Shown: positions 1 through 11,295, numbered from the stretch's first letter. The stretch: DNA of 64,000 bases from Candidatus Hermodarchaeota archaeon (GCA_048885525.1 JBHLLP010000003.1:64001-128000), one strand, 5' to 3'. The notes: generated by a model from the sequence alone, not told the origin. Program-made: numbers and translations.

Positions 1-1091
1 TGAAAATCAATCGATTCATTTTCAGATCCGAATAATATCTTATGAAGGTTATTTGGATCAATTTCTTTAATTGGAGTCTTATCAGTGTCAAATTCATAAT
101 GTTTCGCAACTTGAACAATTGTTTGCCATGAATAACCACTTTCAGATCCAAATCCAGGGATTTCTCGAATTGGTGTTTCTTCTAGAGTAAGATCTAAATC
201 AGTGCCTAAGAGTAATCCATAATCAAATTCCATAACATTCCCTAAACCGCTACAATATTTACAGCTTCCATGAGGAATATTAAATGAAAACATTTTATGA
301 TCCAAAGGAGGAAATGATATTCCACAATCAATACAAGCGAGATGTTCAGAAAAAATCTGTTCTCCTTGTTCTATAACCTCAACAGTAACTAACCCATTTG
401 ATAATTCCAAGGCAGTTTCAATAGAATCAGCCAATCTTGTTCTAATATCCTTTCGCATTACAAGCCGATCTATAATAACATTGATATTGTGTTTCACATT
501 TTTTTCCATAGAGATATCTTCGTCTAAGGTATATTGAATCCCATCTACTTCTACTCTAACATAACCTTGCTTTTTTAAATCTTGTAAAAGCTCTTTGTAT
601 TCTCCTTTTCTATCTCTAATCAGAGGTGCTTTAACAATAAATTTTTGATTTTCCTTTATAGAAGTTAATATTTGCTGAATAATTTGCTGAGGTGTTTGTG
701 GTTTTATTTCTTTACCGCAGTTAGGGCAATGAGGGATGCCAATATTAGCATATAATAGTCTATAGTAATCATATATTTCAGTTACAGTCCCAACTGTACT
801 CCTTGGATTTTTTGAAAGTGGTTTCTGCTCAATTGCAATTGCAGGAGATAATCCCTCAATTGAATCCACATCGGGTTTATCCATCTCTCCTAAGAATTGT
901 CTTGCATAGCTAGAAAGAGATTCGAGAAATCTTCGCTGTCCCTCAGCATATAACGTATCCATTGCCAAACTGCTCTTTCCACTTCCACTAATCCCTGTTA
1001 TCACAACAATCTTATTACGTGGGATTACAACATCAATATTTTTAAGATTATTTTGTCTTGCTCCTTTTATAATAATAGAGTTATCGTTCAT
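1..1091 (-). CDS. uvrA: Excinuclease ABC subunit A, N-terminal part (runs off window start)
   Basis: Not in ORF track. Manual translation from ATG at 1091: MNDNSIIIKGARQNNLKNIDV...ITGISGSGKSSLAMDTLYAEGQRRFLESLSSYARQFLG, plus CxxC zinc fingers. Lies directly downstream of uvrB. Confidence 0.96.
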   Translation of the reverse strand, partial: MNDNSIIIKGARQNNLKNIDVVIPRNKIVVITGISGSGKSSLAMDTLYAEGQRRFLESLSSYARQFLGEMDKPDVDSIEGLSPAIAIEQKPLSKNPRSTVGTVTEIYDYYRLLYANIGIPHCPNCGKEIKPQTPQQIIQQILTSIKENQKFIVKAPLIRDRKGEYKELLQDLKKQGYVRVEVDGIQYTLDEDISMEKNVKHNINVIIDRLVMRKDIRTRLADSIETALELSNGLVTVEVIEQGEQIFSEHLACIDCGISFPPLDHKMFSFNIPHGSCKYCSGLGNVMEFDYGLLLGTDLDLTLEETPIREIPGFGSESGYSWQTIVQVAKHYEFDTDKTPIKEIDPNNLHKILFGSENESIDF

Positions 1092-1133
1092 CCTATATTC
1101 TACATAATTTCAATTAAAAATATTACAAAAATT

Positions 1134-3140
1134 TCACGCTTTTATTTTGTTAGTTTCCTTTATTTCCTTGATTTTATCTCTTAAGTAAGCAGCATCTTCA
1201 AATCTTAATTCTCTTGCTGCCAAAAACATTTTGTTTTCTAAATACTCAATAACTGTCTCCAAATCTCCTTTTTTTTCTAATTGTTTAATTTTATCTTTTA
1301 CTTTTTGTTTTAATCGTTTAACTTCCCTATCTTTGAACTCTTTTTCTTCAGATAAGGACTTTAAAATATTTTTTTTAATAGTGTGAGGAGTAATTTTATT
1401 TTCTTCATTATACCTTATTTGTTTATTTCTTCTTCTATTTGTTTCGTCAATCGCTGCTTTCATGGCGGGAGAAATCCGATCTCCGTATAAAATTGCTTTT
1501 CCCTCGATGTTTCTAGAGGCTCTGCCAATAGTTTGTATTAGAGAACGAGTATCTCTTAAAAATCCTAATTTATCAGCATCTAGAATTGCTACTAACTGGA
1601 CTTCCGGTAAATCTAAACCTTCTCTTAATAGATTAATTCCAACAAGCACATCAAAAGTACCATCTCTCAATTGACGCAAAATTTCAAATCTTTCGACAGT
1701 ATCTACTTCTGAGTGTAAGTATGTTATTTTCAATCCTATTTCATTATAGTATTCAGCAATATCTTCAGCCATTCTCTTTGTAAGAGTTGTTATAAGCGTT
1801 CTACCATCTTTTTTAATTACTTTTCTTATCTCACCTAATAAATCGTCAATTTGATTTTTAGCAGGTCTTACTTCCACCAATGGATCAACGAGACCAGTTG
1901 GTCGAATAATCTGTTCTGCAGAAATTTCTCCACTTTTCTCTAACTCATAATCTCCTGGAGTTGCGCTCATAAAAATAATGTATTTAATTTTACTCTCCCA
2001 TTCTTCAAATGTAAGTGGCCTATTATCATAAGCACTTGGTAAGCGCCACCCATAATCTACAAGATTTTTTTTACGAGATCGATCTCCACCAATCATTCCA
2101 TGGATTTGTGGTATTGTTATATGAGATTCATCAACAACTATCAGAAAATCATCTGGAAAGTAATCCATTAAAGTCATGGGAGGAGTTCCCGGTGGTCTAC
2201 CATCCAAAGGTCTCGAATAATTTTCTATACCTTTACACCAACCCATTTCTTTCATCATTTCCAAATCAAATTTAACCCTTCTCTCAATCCATTGTGCTTC
2301 AGCAAATTTCTTCTGACTTTTAAAAAATTCAATTCTTTCTTCTAATTCTTCTTTTATTAACTCTAGAGCTCTTTCTTTATTTTCATCTGGAATGATAAAA
2401 TGCGTTGCGGGGAATATTCTATAATTAGGCACTTTATTTATTGGATTATTGGTTATCGGATGAATTTCTGTTATAGATTCAATTTCATCTCCAAATAAAG
2501 AAATTCTGACGCCATTATTTAGATACGCGGGATAAATGTCAATTATATCTCCTTTTACTCGTACATTTCCCGGTTTGAATTCAATTTCCGTTCGTTCATA
2601 ATTCATTTTTATAAGTTTCTTTAAAATTTCAGATCGTTTTATTTGTGTACCTACTTCTACATAGAGCGCAATTTTTTCCCAAAGATCTGGATTCCCCAAT
2701 CCATAGATACAGGACACAGTTGCAACTATGATAACATCTCTTCGAGTTCTTACAGCATGAGCAGCTGCTAGTCTTAGACGTTCAATTTCCTCGTTAACAC
2801 TAAAATCTTTTTCAATGTATAAGCCAGTAATTGGCATATATGCCTCTGGTTGATAATAGTCATAATAAGAAACAAAATAATGAACTGCATTTTGAGGAAA
2901 TAGTTCCTTTAGTTCATTATATAATTGAGCAGCTAATGTCTTATTAGGTGCCATAACTAAGGTTGGTTTTTGAATTTTTTGAATTATATTAGCAATTGAA
3001 AAAGTTTTACCTGTACCGGTGGCTCCTAATAATGTTTGAAACCTTCTACCTTTCTGAATATTAGTAGAAAGAATTTCTATTGCTTCGGGTTGATCTCCTG
3101 CTGGAAGAAAATCTGATTCTAATTTAAATTTAGCTATCAT
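1134..3140 (-). CDS. uvrB: Excinuclease ABC subunit B
   Basis: PAGDQPEAI, GATGTGKT, YYDYYQPEAY beta-hairpin, DESH, INLLREGLDLPEV, C-terminal UVR motif FEDAAYLRD. Confidence 0.98.
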   Translation of the reverse strand: MIAKFKLESDFLPAGDQPEAIEILSTNIQKGRRFQTLLGATGTGKTFSIANIIQKIQKPTLVMAPNKTLAAQLYNELKELFPQNAVHYFVSYYDYYQPEAYMPITGLYIEKDFSVNEEIERLRLAAAHAVRTRRDVIIVATVSCIYGLGNPDLWEKIALYVEVGTQIKRSEILKKLIKMNYERTEIEFKPGNVRVKGDIIDIYPAYLNNGVRISLFGDEIESITEIHPITNNPINKVPNYRIFPATHFIIPDENKERALELIKEELEERIEFFKSQKKFAEAQWIERRVKFDLEMMKEMGWCKGIENYSRPLDGRPPGTPPMTLMDYFPDDFLIVVDESHITIPQIHGMIGGDRSRKKNLVDYGWRLPSAYDNRPLTFEEWESKIKYIIFMSATPGDYELEKSGEISAEQIIRPTGLVDPLVEVRPAKNQIDDLLGEIRKVIKKDGRTLITTLTKRMAEDIAEYYNEIGLKITYLHSEVDTVERFEILRQLRDGTFDVLVGINLLREGLDLPEVQLVAILDADKLGFLRDTRSLIQTIGRASRNIEGKAILYGDRISPAMKAAIDETNRRRNKQIRYNEENKITPHTIKKNILKSLSEEKEFKDREVKRLKQKVKDKIKQLEKKGDLETVIEYLENKMFLAARELRFEDAAYLRDKIKEIKETNKIKA

Positions 3141-3271
3141 ACGGGAAGATTACTAACTTTATCACTCATTAAATATTAGAATTGAATTAATTTATTAAAG
3201 GTAAGACTTATGAAATTCTAATATATCATAACTTAAGATTTTTATTAATATATAAATAAAGATTTGGAAAT

Positions 3272-6200
3272 TTATGCCACTACTATTTCTTCTTGAGTAT
3301 CCTCAGCGCCTTCTAATGTTCGAGCAAGAATTATGAATTTATCATCTGGAGAGATCGAACCAATGAAGGATTCAAGATTATTAAGATAAATTGTAATTGA
3401 ACCTCCAAGATTGCCGATTACAAAAGAATCACCAATTTGAAATGTAAAACTGGAAAGAGGAATATATGTACTATTTATATATATTGAATCTACTGTTACA
3501 TTCAATTGTCCATCGTTTACGATTTTTATAGTAACTCTATTATCACTATCATCAATTCTAGAGGCTGGATCAACCGTAATACTATATAATTCTGAATCAA
3601 CGATTGCATTAAATACTGTTTCATACTCAGCGGTGGAATTAGTTGTTATTTTCGCAATAACTTCATTTGATTTGTTTATTTGAAAACCTGGAATATCAAA
3701 ATAAATCAAAGCACATTCTTGAATGCCTAATGAAGAATCTCCATAGAGGAATTCAATTTCATTAGGATTTGAAAAATCGAGTGACAAAGTACTATTAATG
3801 GTAACATTTACTAGGGTTATTGGGGCATTTCCAGTGTTCTTAATTAATAATGTACCTGTTTCATTCGCATTTATGTATGATACTGCGGATCCATCAATAT
3901 TTTCAATAATTTGAATATCTTCTTGATCTCTTATAGTGTGAATATATCCTATATCCGAAGTAACTGTAGTTCCATAACTTCCGGTGATGCAAACCAATAT
4001 TTCTTCATTGATATCTCCCCCCACATAATCAGTTGCATCTATAATAATTACATCTTCCGTATTACTTTCCAAGTTTATAGCTGTTGAAATCGTATGCCAC
4101 TTTTCGAAGTCAACTTCAGTTAAAGACTCCGTTAAATATACAGAATCTAATCCAAAAATAAGGTCTCCTGTATTTTTTACTTTTATGTTTAAAATTGTGC
4201 TTCCATTATCATACCGATATGCATAGGAGTTACTGAAATCTATTGGAATATGTTTTCTAAAATTTCTATCAAGAGCTGCTAATACTTCTGGGGATATTAT
4301 TCTTTCTTCACTCAATATCGAAAGAGAATAACTTTCTATATTAGATGTAAATAAAATTTCATCTCGTATATCATTTGGAGTAGCTACTCCTATCTTATTA
4401 TACAGTATAGGATAAGTAAGAGAAAAGATAGCTGATACGTCTGGTAAATAAACATTTGCTATTTCTCCAGGTTCGAGAATTAGGGCCCCACTTAGATATT
4501 CAATATTGGTTTCATTTATTCTATTTTCAATAGTGTCGTCGTTTAAATAAAATCTATCTAAAACTGTAGTAGTATCACCAATATTTTCCACCTCAAGGAA
4601 TATATCGACGTGAGACTGATTTTTTTGAATAACTATACTATTTTGCTTATTAATTCTAATTTCTCCGGGTATTGCTTCTTTAACAAAAAAATTGCTAGTA
4701 TGATTAGAGAAAGAATATGGTCCGTATGTCGCTACTGATTCAGCATCGACTTCAATAGAAACAACATCATCTTTTTGGAATGTGGTTCCTTGTGATTCTA
4801 TATCTATCCAAACCATATCTTCTTCTCCTTGTTCTATTGTATTACTTTCATTACTCATGACATAATCATACTCCAATCCATTGATTTTAACATTTGTAAT
4901 TGTTAAATCTTTTTTACCAGTATTTTGTAATTTAATGGTACCGTATCCACTATCAAAAACTTCTGCATTTCTAATAGTAAAACTAGAATCTAATGCAGTA
5001 TAATCTATTTTATATAACTTTACCATATGAAATCTGGAGAAGTATGTTGGAACAAAAACTATTGTATTATAAAGTCCATTATCAGGAATATGAGATTTCC
5101 ACGTTTGTCCATTGTCATCTGCTCGCCTATTAATCTCTTGAGCGTAATTCTTATCAAATTGATGATTAGCTTCATCAGGATTAGTTTTTTCACCAAAAAA
5201 CATTAACTTAACCAACTGACTATCAAACCAACTATCTTCCATCCTTCCATTTGTCAGATTATGATATTTACTTTCATCAAAAACTGCATTATCTGCCCAA
5301 TTATCTTCTTCCCAACCAGAATTTTTGTAACTAACATAGTGGTTATTGCAAATTTGAAGCATCCAAGTCCATTTTCCTTCATCTCCTCCTAATCCAGAAT
5401 ATAGAAAACCAAAATAAACTAAGACATAATCAGCCCCTAACCTACGAAATGCTTTTGCACTATAAATTTCATTAGTTTGCATCAAAGCCATACCAGTTAA
5501 GCCTATTCTAGTTCCATTTTTTGTAGCATTATCGTTAACAGTTGTCACATTACCAATTGGAGTAAGCCAATAACCATAATCCCACCAGGAAACTACTACA
5601 TCAGTTCCTTTTAGATTAGCTTTCATCCATGTTAATGTTTCTTCCCAATCATGAATAACTCCACCAGGTACCATCTGAACATATGAATGTTGTTGAATAG
5701 CAATTAACGACGTATGAGTAACTTGAGAATACAATAAAATCCCAATAACTAAATAGACTATTAAAACTTCTGTGTTTCCTACGGTACCTTTTAACTGCCT
5801 TCTCCTTTTTCTACTAACACCAACTTTTTTTTCTCCGGTGAAGCTACCAAAAATTTTCAAAATATTTACTAGTCCATATGCCCCAATTAATGCTGCTGCT
5901 GGAGCAAATATTAGAATTATACGAATCATACTTCCTGTAAAATAGTACATTAATAATATAAATGCGATTAAAAAGATATCTGCAGCGTTTAACCTCTTAA
6001 AACAAAAAAATATTCCTAAAGAGATTAATAATACAGGAATTAATGTATCATAGTAAAATACACTCCATGCGCTGGGCATTTGCTCTGCAATTGAAGCAAC
6101 TAACGCCATATCCCTACGTAATAAAGGGCTAAGAATAGTATTAAATCGAGCTCCAAAACCAAAAGGAATCACATCAGGAGCGATCCAAACAATCACTGCT

Positions 6201-7162
6201 AATATTAGAATTCCTGGAATAAGAGCCCATTTTATAATGTTTATTAGATTTTTATAAAAGTTGGGGTGATCATTTTTTTTTATTTGAATGATATGAAAAA
6301 TTATCAATATAATTGTAAAGAGAAAAATACCTCCTATTTCTAAACTTGAGAACAAAGATTCATGTCTAAATAATGTATATAAAGAAAATACTAATAAACC
6401 AGTACCTTGTACACCAGCATAAGAAATTAAAACATTTTCATTATATTTATTTGTTAAAACTAGTACTATACTAATTATTGGGATTATCAAAAAAACAAAT
6501 TGATACCCGCCCCAACTAAGAGACAAATAGCCTAAAAAAATTCCCCCAATTACGGAATGTGTAAACTTTCCATGTTTTACTGCCTTTAGAAAGAATAAGA
6601 ATGTCATTAAAGAAGCAAAAACACCAATAGTTTCATTATCGAAAAATCCTGCGGTAGTTCGTTGTAGGAACCCCGGATTAAATGCCAAGAAAAATGCCGC
6701 AAGCAAACCAGTTGAGCGATTTAAAACTTCCTTTCCTAAAAAATAAATGACTAATACGGTTAAACCACCCATAATTGCAGGAAAGAAGTAACAAATATAA
6801 TATAATGATATAGGAATCCCAAAAAAATGAAGAATTTTATAAATAGCTACCACAGTAAAAGTTAATCCCGGTCTTAACCCTCCTCGGTAAATACCTTGAG
6901 GATTCCAACTTTTAAGATCTACCCAATTAAAATATTCATAAATAGTGTGTGTGTTTAGGTACTCCGCATTATACCATTGGATCCAAGGGTCAAAAGCTTT
7001 AATTAGAAAAGTCCCTCTTAAAATTGGACTAATTCTTAATAGGATAGTTAAAAAGACAACTAAGAATATAGCTATAAAGAACAAAATATTACGTACTTTC
7101 AATGATATTGATGTTCTGAGACGATCACGGAAATTTCTTATTGAAGCGAGGATCTTGACCAT
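3272..7162 (-). CDS. aglB: Oligosaccharyltransferase AglB/STT3 with long C-terminal Ig-like extension
   Basis: FDPW, GFFDNE, multi-TM N-terminal half, WWDYG, DEGK (DK motif). Confidence 0.93.
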   Translation of the reverse strand: MVKILASIRNFRDRLRTSISLKVRNILFFIAIFLVVFLTILLRISPILRGTFLIKAFDPWIQWYNAEYLNTHTIYEYFNWVDLKSWNPQGIYRGGLRPGLTFTVVAIYKILHFFGIPISLYYICYFFPAIMGGLTVLVIYFLGKEVLNRSTGLLAAFFLAFNPGFLQRTTAGFFDNETIGVFASLMTFLFFLKAVKHGKFTHSVIGGIFLGYLSLSWGGYQFVFLIIPIISIVLVLTNKYNENVLISYAGVQGTGLLVFSLYTLFRHESLFSSLEIGGIFLFTIILIIFHIIQIKKNDHPNFYKNLINIIKWALIPGILILAVIVWIAPDVIPFGFGARFNTILSPLLRRDMALVASIAEQMPSAWSVFYYDTLIPVLLISLGIFFCFKRLNAADIFLIAFILLMYYFTGSMIRIILIFAPAAALIGAYGLVNILKIFGSFTGEKKVGVSRKRRRQLKGTVGNTEVLIVYLVIGILLYSQVTHTSLIAIQQHSYVQMVPGGVIHDWEETLTWMKANLKGTDVVVSWWDYGYWLTPIGNVTTVNDNATKNGTRIGLTGMALMQTNEIYSAKAFRRLGADYVLVYFGFLYSGLGGDEGKWTWMLQICNNHYVSYKNSGWEEDNWADNAVFDESKYHNLTNGRMEDSWFDSQLVKLMFFGEKTNPDEANHQFDKNYAQEINRRADDNGQTWKSHIPDNGLYNTIVFVPTYFSRFHMVKLYKIDYTALDSSFTIRNAEVFDSGYGTIKLQNTGKKDLTITNVKINGLEYDYVMSNESNTIEQGEEDMVWIDIESQGTTFQKDDVVSIEVDAESVATYGPYSFSNHTSNFFVKEAIPGEIRINKQNSIVIQKNQSHVDIFLEVENIGDTTTVLDRFYLNDDTIENRINETNIEYLSGALILEPGEIANVYLPDVSAIFSLTYPILYNKIGVATPNDIRDEILFTSNIESYSLSILSEERIISPEVLAALDRNFRKHIPIDFSNSYAYRYDNGSTILNIKVKNTGDLIFGLDSVYLTESLTEVDFEKWHTISTAINLESNTEDVIIIDATDYVGGDINEEILVCITGSYGTTVTSDIGYIHTIRDQEDIQIIENIDGSAVSYINANETGTLLIKNTGNAPITLVNVTINSTLSLDFSNPNEIEFLYGDSSLGIQECALIYFDIPGFQINKSNEVIAKITTNSTAEYETVFNAIVDSELYSITVDPASRIDDSDNRVTIKIVNDGQLNVTVDSIYINSTYIPLSSFTFQIGDSFVIGNLGGSITIYLNNLESFIGSISPDDKFIILARTLEGAEDTQEEIVVA

Positions 7163-7316
7163 AAGTTTTCAATCTTTACTTAATTAATAAGTATTTTTAT
7201 AACCATAATTCAATTTTGTTTATAAAAAAAATCCTTAAGATTAAAATTTATCTAACATTTTTTCTAACATTTTGTATAATTCTAAATAATCTAAAAAGAG
7301 TACTGAAAATTTTAAT

Positions 7317-8189
7317 TTGATTAAAAAAAAAGATATGATATATATGAGAAAATCAAGATTTCTCTTTAAAATTTATTACATCGGAGGTCAACAGTATCAT
7401 GGTTCTCAAAGACAAAGTGATGTTATAACAATTGAGCATTGCCTTTTAAATGCTTTAATAGAAAAAAAATATATTCAAAAACCGAATAATTCGGAATTTG
7501 AATTCGCAAGTAGAACAGATCGATTTGTTTCAGCGAGAGGGGCTTGTTTTACATGCGTAACTCAAAAAGAACCAAAATTAATGGAAATTAACAGTGTTTT
7601 ACCAAAAGATATAGGCATTTGGGCGTATTCAGAAGTACCCTTGGAATTTTCTTCAAGATATAATGCTATCTTGCGTCATTATGTATATATCGTTTCCACT
7701 CCAATATCTTATCTTCAAAATACATCGGGTTTGAACGTGGAGATAATGAAAGAAGCTTGCAAACAATTAGAAGGTCGTCATAATTTTGTTAATTTCTCAA
7801 AAAAGGAGATCGATATGATTAATACTATAAGAGATATGGATTCAGCTACACTATCAACAAAAGATGATTATCTAATTTTCCAATTTAAAAGCAAATCATT
7901 TCTTAGGCAACAAATCAGACGAATAGTTAAAAAGGTTTTGGAATTAGGAAAATACGAGATTACATATGATGATTTTTTAGAACTCTTTAATGATTCAAAA
8001 GCATTTTCTTATCAACCAGCAGATCCTAGAGGTTTAATTCTGTGGGATATAAAATTTAATGATGAAATTATGTTTATAGAAGATCAAAAATCAAAAGAAA
8101 GAAGAAATAATTTTTTCCAAACCAAGGAGCTTGAATTTGGTTTTAAACACCAGTTATTCAGAGCTTTGCAACAAAACGATTTTAGCTAG
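7317..8189 (+). CDS. truA: tRNA pseudouridine(38-40) synthase (start probably at a downstream ATG)
   Basis: YHGSQRQ, ASRTD catalytic Asp, GRHNF, SFLRQQIRRI. Confidence 0.9.
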   Translation: MIKKKDMIYMRKSRFLFKIYYIGGQQYHGSQRQSDVITIEHCLLNALIEKKYIQKPNNSEFEFASRTDRFVSARGACFTCVTQKEPKLMEINSVLPKDIGIWAYSEVPLEFSSRYNAILRHYVYIVSTPISYLQNTSGLNVEIMKEACKQLEGRHNFVNFSKKEIDMINTIRDMDSATLSTKDDYLIFQFKSKSFLRQQIRRIVKKVLELGKYEITYDDFLELFNDSKAFSYQPADPRGLILWDIKFNDEIMFIEDQKSKERRNNFFQTKELEFGFKHQLFRALQQNDFS

Positions 8190-9125
8190 CAAAGCTTGAA
8201 GTTGTATTTCCTCAGTCCCACCTTGACTTAATCTATATTCAAATTCAGCTAATAATTTTGATAATTCAATTTTTAAATCCTCTGGAATTTTTAGATCATA
8301 GATTTCTCTATGTAAATTCTTGATAATATTTTGTCCAGACAACCCATATTCTTTTATTAAATCATTTAAAAGCTTGATTGATAATTGTAATTGCCCTTCT
8401 ATTGCAGTGTTCAAAATTTCTTTTATTTTATCAGGAGGAACCTCTCCAGCAACGCGAAAAACGATCTCTTGATCAATTTTTTTAGATATTGTACCACATG
8501 ACTGCAAATAATTGATAGCTCGTCTACAATCACCTCGAGAAACATCTACTATAGCATTTAAGCCTCCTGGTGTTAAAGTAATACCTTCTTGTTTTGCTAC
8601 ATATTTTACTCTACTTTTTATATCATCGCCATTTAAAAAACCAAATCTGAATACAACACATCTGGATTGAATTGGTGGGATTACTTTATTAGAATAATTG
8701 CAAATTAAAACCATTCTACAGTTCTTTGTATATTTTTCCATAGTTCTTCTTAATGCTTGTTGAGCAGGTGCTGTCATATTATCCGCTTCATCTAAAATCA
8801 ATACCTTAAAAGGAATATCTATTGGAGGTCGTGCTTTCGCAAAATCTTTAATATAAGTTCTAATAACATCAATACCACGAGCATCACTAGCATTTAGTTC
8901 CAAATAAGTTCTATTTACTGCCATTTTTTGCCCATATAATTCTCTTACCATTGCTAACGCAGAAGTTGTTTTTCCTGTTCCTGCAGGACCAGCAAAAATG
9001 AGATGAGGCATAGATTTGTCTTTTATAAATTGCTTTAAGCGTTTAATAATTCCCTCTTGATTTACAACTTCATCCAACACTCTTGGTCGATATTTCTCAA
9101 CCCAAGGTCTATTCTCAAAAGACAT
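8154..9125 (-). CDS. rfcS: Replication factor C small subunit
   Basis: PWVEKYRP, GPAGTGKT, ELNASD, LDEAD, SRC motif; no intein. Confidence 0.97.
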   Translation of the reverse strand: MSFENRPWVEKYRPRVLDEVVNQEGIIKRLKQFIKDKSMPHLIFAGPAGTGKTTSALAMVRELYGQKMAVNRTYLELNASDARGIDVIRTYIKDFAKARPPIDIPFKVLILDEADNMTAPAQQALRRTMEKYTKNCRMVLICNYSNKVIPPIQSRCVVFRFGFLNGDDIKSRVKYVAKQEGITLTPGGLNAIVDVSRGDCRRAINYLQSCGTISKKIDQEIVFRVAGEVPPDKIKEILNTAIEGQLQLSIKLLNDLIKEYGLSGQNIIKNLHREIYDLKIPEDLKIELSKLLAEFEYRLSQGGTEEIQLQALLAKIVLLQSSE

Positions 9126-9226
9126 ATTATTTGAGTGTGATTTAAATTTTATAAAATTATATTAAAAATTAAATTTTCTTAATTCTTTATTAATATTCAT
9201 ATCTGATAAAAAACAATAAGATTAGT

Positions 9227-10531
9227 ATGACTGATTTTAAAATAACAAAAATAAAATCCAGATGGATCCTAGATTCAAGAGGAAATCCTACTGTCGAATC
9301 AGAGGTTTTCGCAGGAAAACTCCATTCTAGAGCTGCTGTTCCCTCTGGAGCATCAACAGGTGTTTCAGAGGCACTCGAACTACGTGATGGTGGAAAATCA
9401 TTCATGGGAAAACATGTATTAAAAGCAGTTACTAATGTTAACGAAATATTAGGAAAAAAATTAATCGGATTTGATGTGAGAGAACAGACTAAAATAGATG
9501 AGGAAATGATTTCCATTGATGGAACTGAAAATAAGAGTAATTTAGGCGCTAATGCGATTTTATCTGTCTCATTAGCAATAGCTAAATTAGCTTCCCAATT
9601 ATCAGAAGTCCCATTATTTGTTCATCTCTATAATATAGCATACAAGAAGACTCGAAATGATTATTTACTCCCCCTTCCATGTTGTAATATTATTAATGGA
9701 GGTGAACATGCGGGAAACAATCTATCTATACAAGAGTTTATGGTTTTACCAGTCGGTGCCAAATCTTTCTCCCAAGCTATACAAAATGTTGCTGAAGTAT
9801 ATCAAACCTTAAAGAAATTATTAGGAAAAAGATATGGACCTTCTGCAATCAATGTGGGTGATGAAGGAGGATTTGCTCCAAATTTATCTTTCACATCAGA
9901 GGCTGTGGAGATAATTGTTGAAGCAATTGAAACAGCAGGGTTTCTTATAGGCACAGATTTTGTATTGGGAATGGATGCTGCTGCTAGTGAGTTTTTTGAG
10001 GAAGGATCTTATAATATTGATGGTAAAAAGCTTTCTGAGGAAGAATTATTAGAATATTATATGGATCTAATCCATGAATATCCTTTCAAATCAATTGAGG
10101 ACCCTTTTGATGAAAAAGATTTTAGGAACTTCTCTAATATAACTGCAAAAGTTGATAAATCTATTCAAATTGTTGATGATGATTTAACTGTTACAAATAT
10201 AAAGATTCTCGAAAGAGCAATAAAGGAAAAAGCGGGAAACGCATTATTATTAAAAGTAAATCAAATAGGAACATTAACTGAAGCTATAAAAGCTGCAAAA
10301 ATGTCTTTCGATAATGGGTTTAATGTGATGGTTTCACATCGTTCTGGTGAAACAGAAGATACATTCATTGCAGATTTAGCTGTAGGATTATGTACAGGTC
10401 AATTAAAAACCGGTGCCACATGTAGATCTGATCGAACGTCTAAATTCAATCAATTATTAAGAATCGAAGAAATCTTAGGAGATAATGCGATTTACCCTAA
10501 TAATTTAGATTCATGGAAAAAGTTTGTCTAA
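9227..10531 (+). CDS. eno: Enolase
   Basis: DSRGNPTVE, PSGASTG, GDEGGFAP, LLKVNQIGT, SHRSGETED. Confidence 0.98.
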   Translation: MTDFKITKIKSRWILDSRGNPTVESEVFAGKLHSRAAVPSGASTGVSEALELRDGGKSFMGKHVLKAVTNVNEILGKKLIGFDVREQTKIDEEMISIDGTENKSNLGANAILSVSLAIAKLASQLSEVPLFVHLYNIAYKKTRNDYLLPLPCCNIINGGEHAGNNLSIQEFMVLPVGAKSFSQAIQNVAEVYQTLKKLLGKRYGPSAINVGDEGGFAPNLSFTSEAVEIIVEAIETAGFLIGTDFVLGMDAAASEFFEEGSYNIDGKKLSEEELLEYYMDLIHEYPFKSIEDPFDEKDFRNFSNITAKVDKSIQIVDDDLTVTNIKILERAIKEKAGNALLLKVNQIGTLTEAIKAAKMSFDNGFNVMVSHRSGETEDTFIADLAVGLCTGQLKTGATCRSDRTSKFNQLLRIEEILGDNAIYPNNLDSWKKFV

Positions 10532-11193
10532 ATAAAAATTTCATTTCTATTTATTTTTTTAATAAATCTATAAACATCAACATCAATTTCTTTTGCTTTT
10601 TTCTTATGAAATGGGAATGATTTTTCTAGAATCATTCTAAAAGGAAGAATGTTATCAATTTTCCAATTGGACTTTTCAATATAGTTTGCAATAAACTTTT
10701 TGACCTTTTTATTCGCCAAATGAATAGAATATACAATATCTGAAAAATAAAAGGCTTTTTTTAAAAATATCCTATCTGCATACTTAGTCTGTACTCCAAA
10801 TGGAGGATTCATAATAGTTGTTACTTTCATATTTTTTGGGATATGTTTATTTGAAATCTCTAAATATTCAATATCGGCACATAGAGGAAATATCCGATTT
10901 AAATCAAGTGTAAATTTATTTCGAGTTAAAATTTTTAAAGCTTTAATATCAATATCTACACTTAAAACATAGCTAGCATTGAAAAAAGCACTCACGATAG
11001 ATAATCTTCCTGTTCCAGCACCTAAATCTATAATAAATGCTTTATTAATATCATTATATTCAAATCCAGCATAATAAATTATATCTACAGCACATCTTGC
11101 ATCAATGGTATATTGTTCTAATTCAATTTTGGGATGGCTAAATGATTCGGTTTTTTGAATAATAGAGACTAATTCTTTTTTTTTAAATTTCAT
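10528..11193 (-). CDS. METTL5-family N6-adenine RNA methyltransferase
   Basis: PKIELEQY, DLGAGTG SAM-binding motif, MNPPFG, YSIH, FPFH; divergent from csl4. Confidence 0.88.
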   Translation of the reverse strand: MKFKKKELVSIIQKTESFSHPKIELEQYTIDARCAVDIIYYAGFEYNDINKAFIIDLGAGTGRLSIVSAFFNASYVLSVDIDIKALKILTRNKFTLDLNRIFPLCADIEYLEISNKHIPKNMKVTTIMNPPFGVQTKYADRIFLKKAFYFSDIVYSIHLANKKVKKFIANYIEKSNWKIDNILPFRMILEKSFPFHKKKAKEIDVDVYRFIKKINRNEIFI

Positions 11194-11295
11194 CCTAAAA
11201 AATGTTTGCTCTTTTTAAATTAATACATTAAATTTATTTATCTTATTTAATAATATTTACTTAAGGTAGAAAGAGTTTGAGAAATTAAAAAACTA

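Noticed and set aside
10165-10190. Enolase QIVDDDL instead of the usual QIVGDDL
   Set aside because: The metal-binding Asp residues and other catalytic motifs are intact; probably neutral
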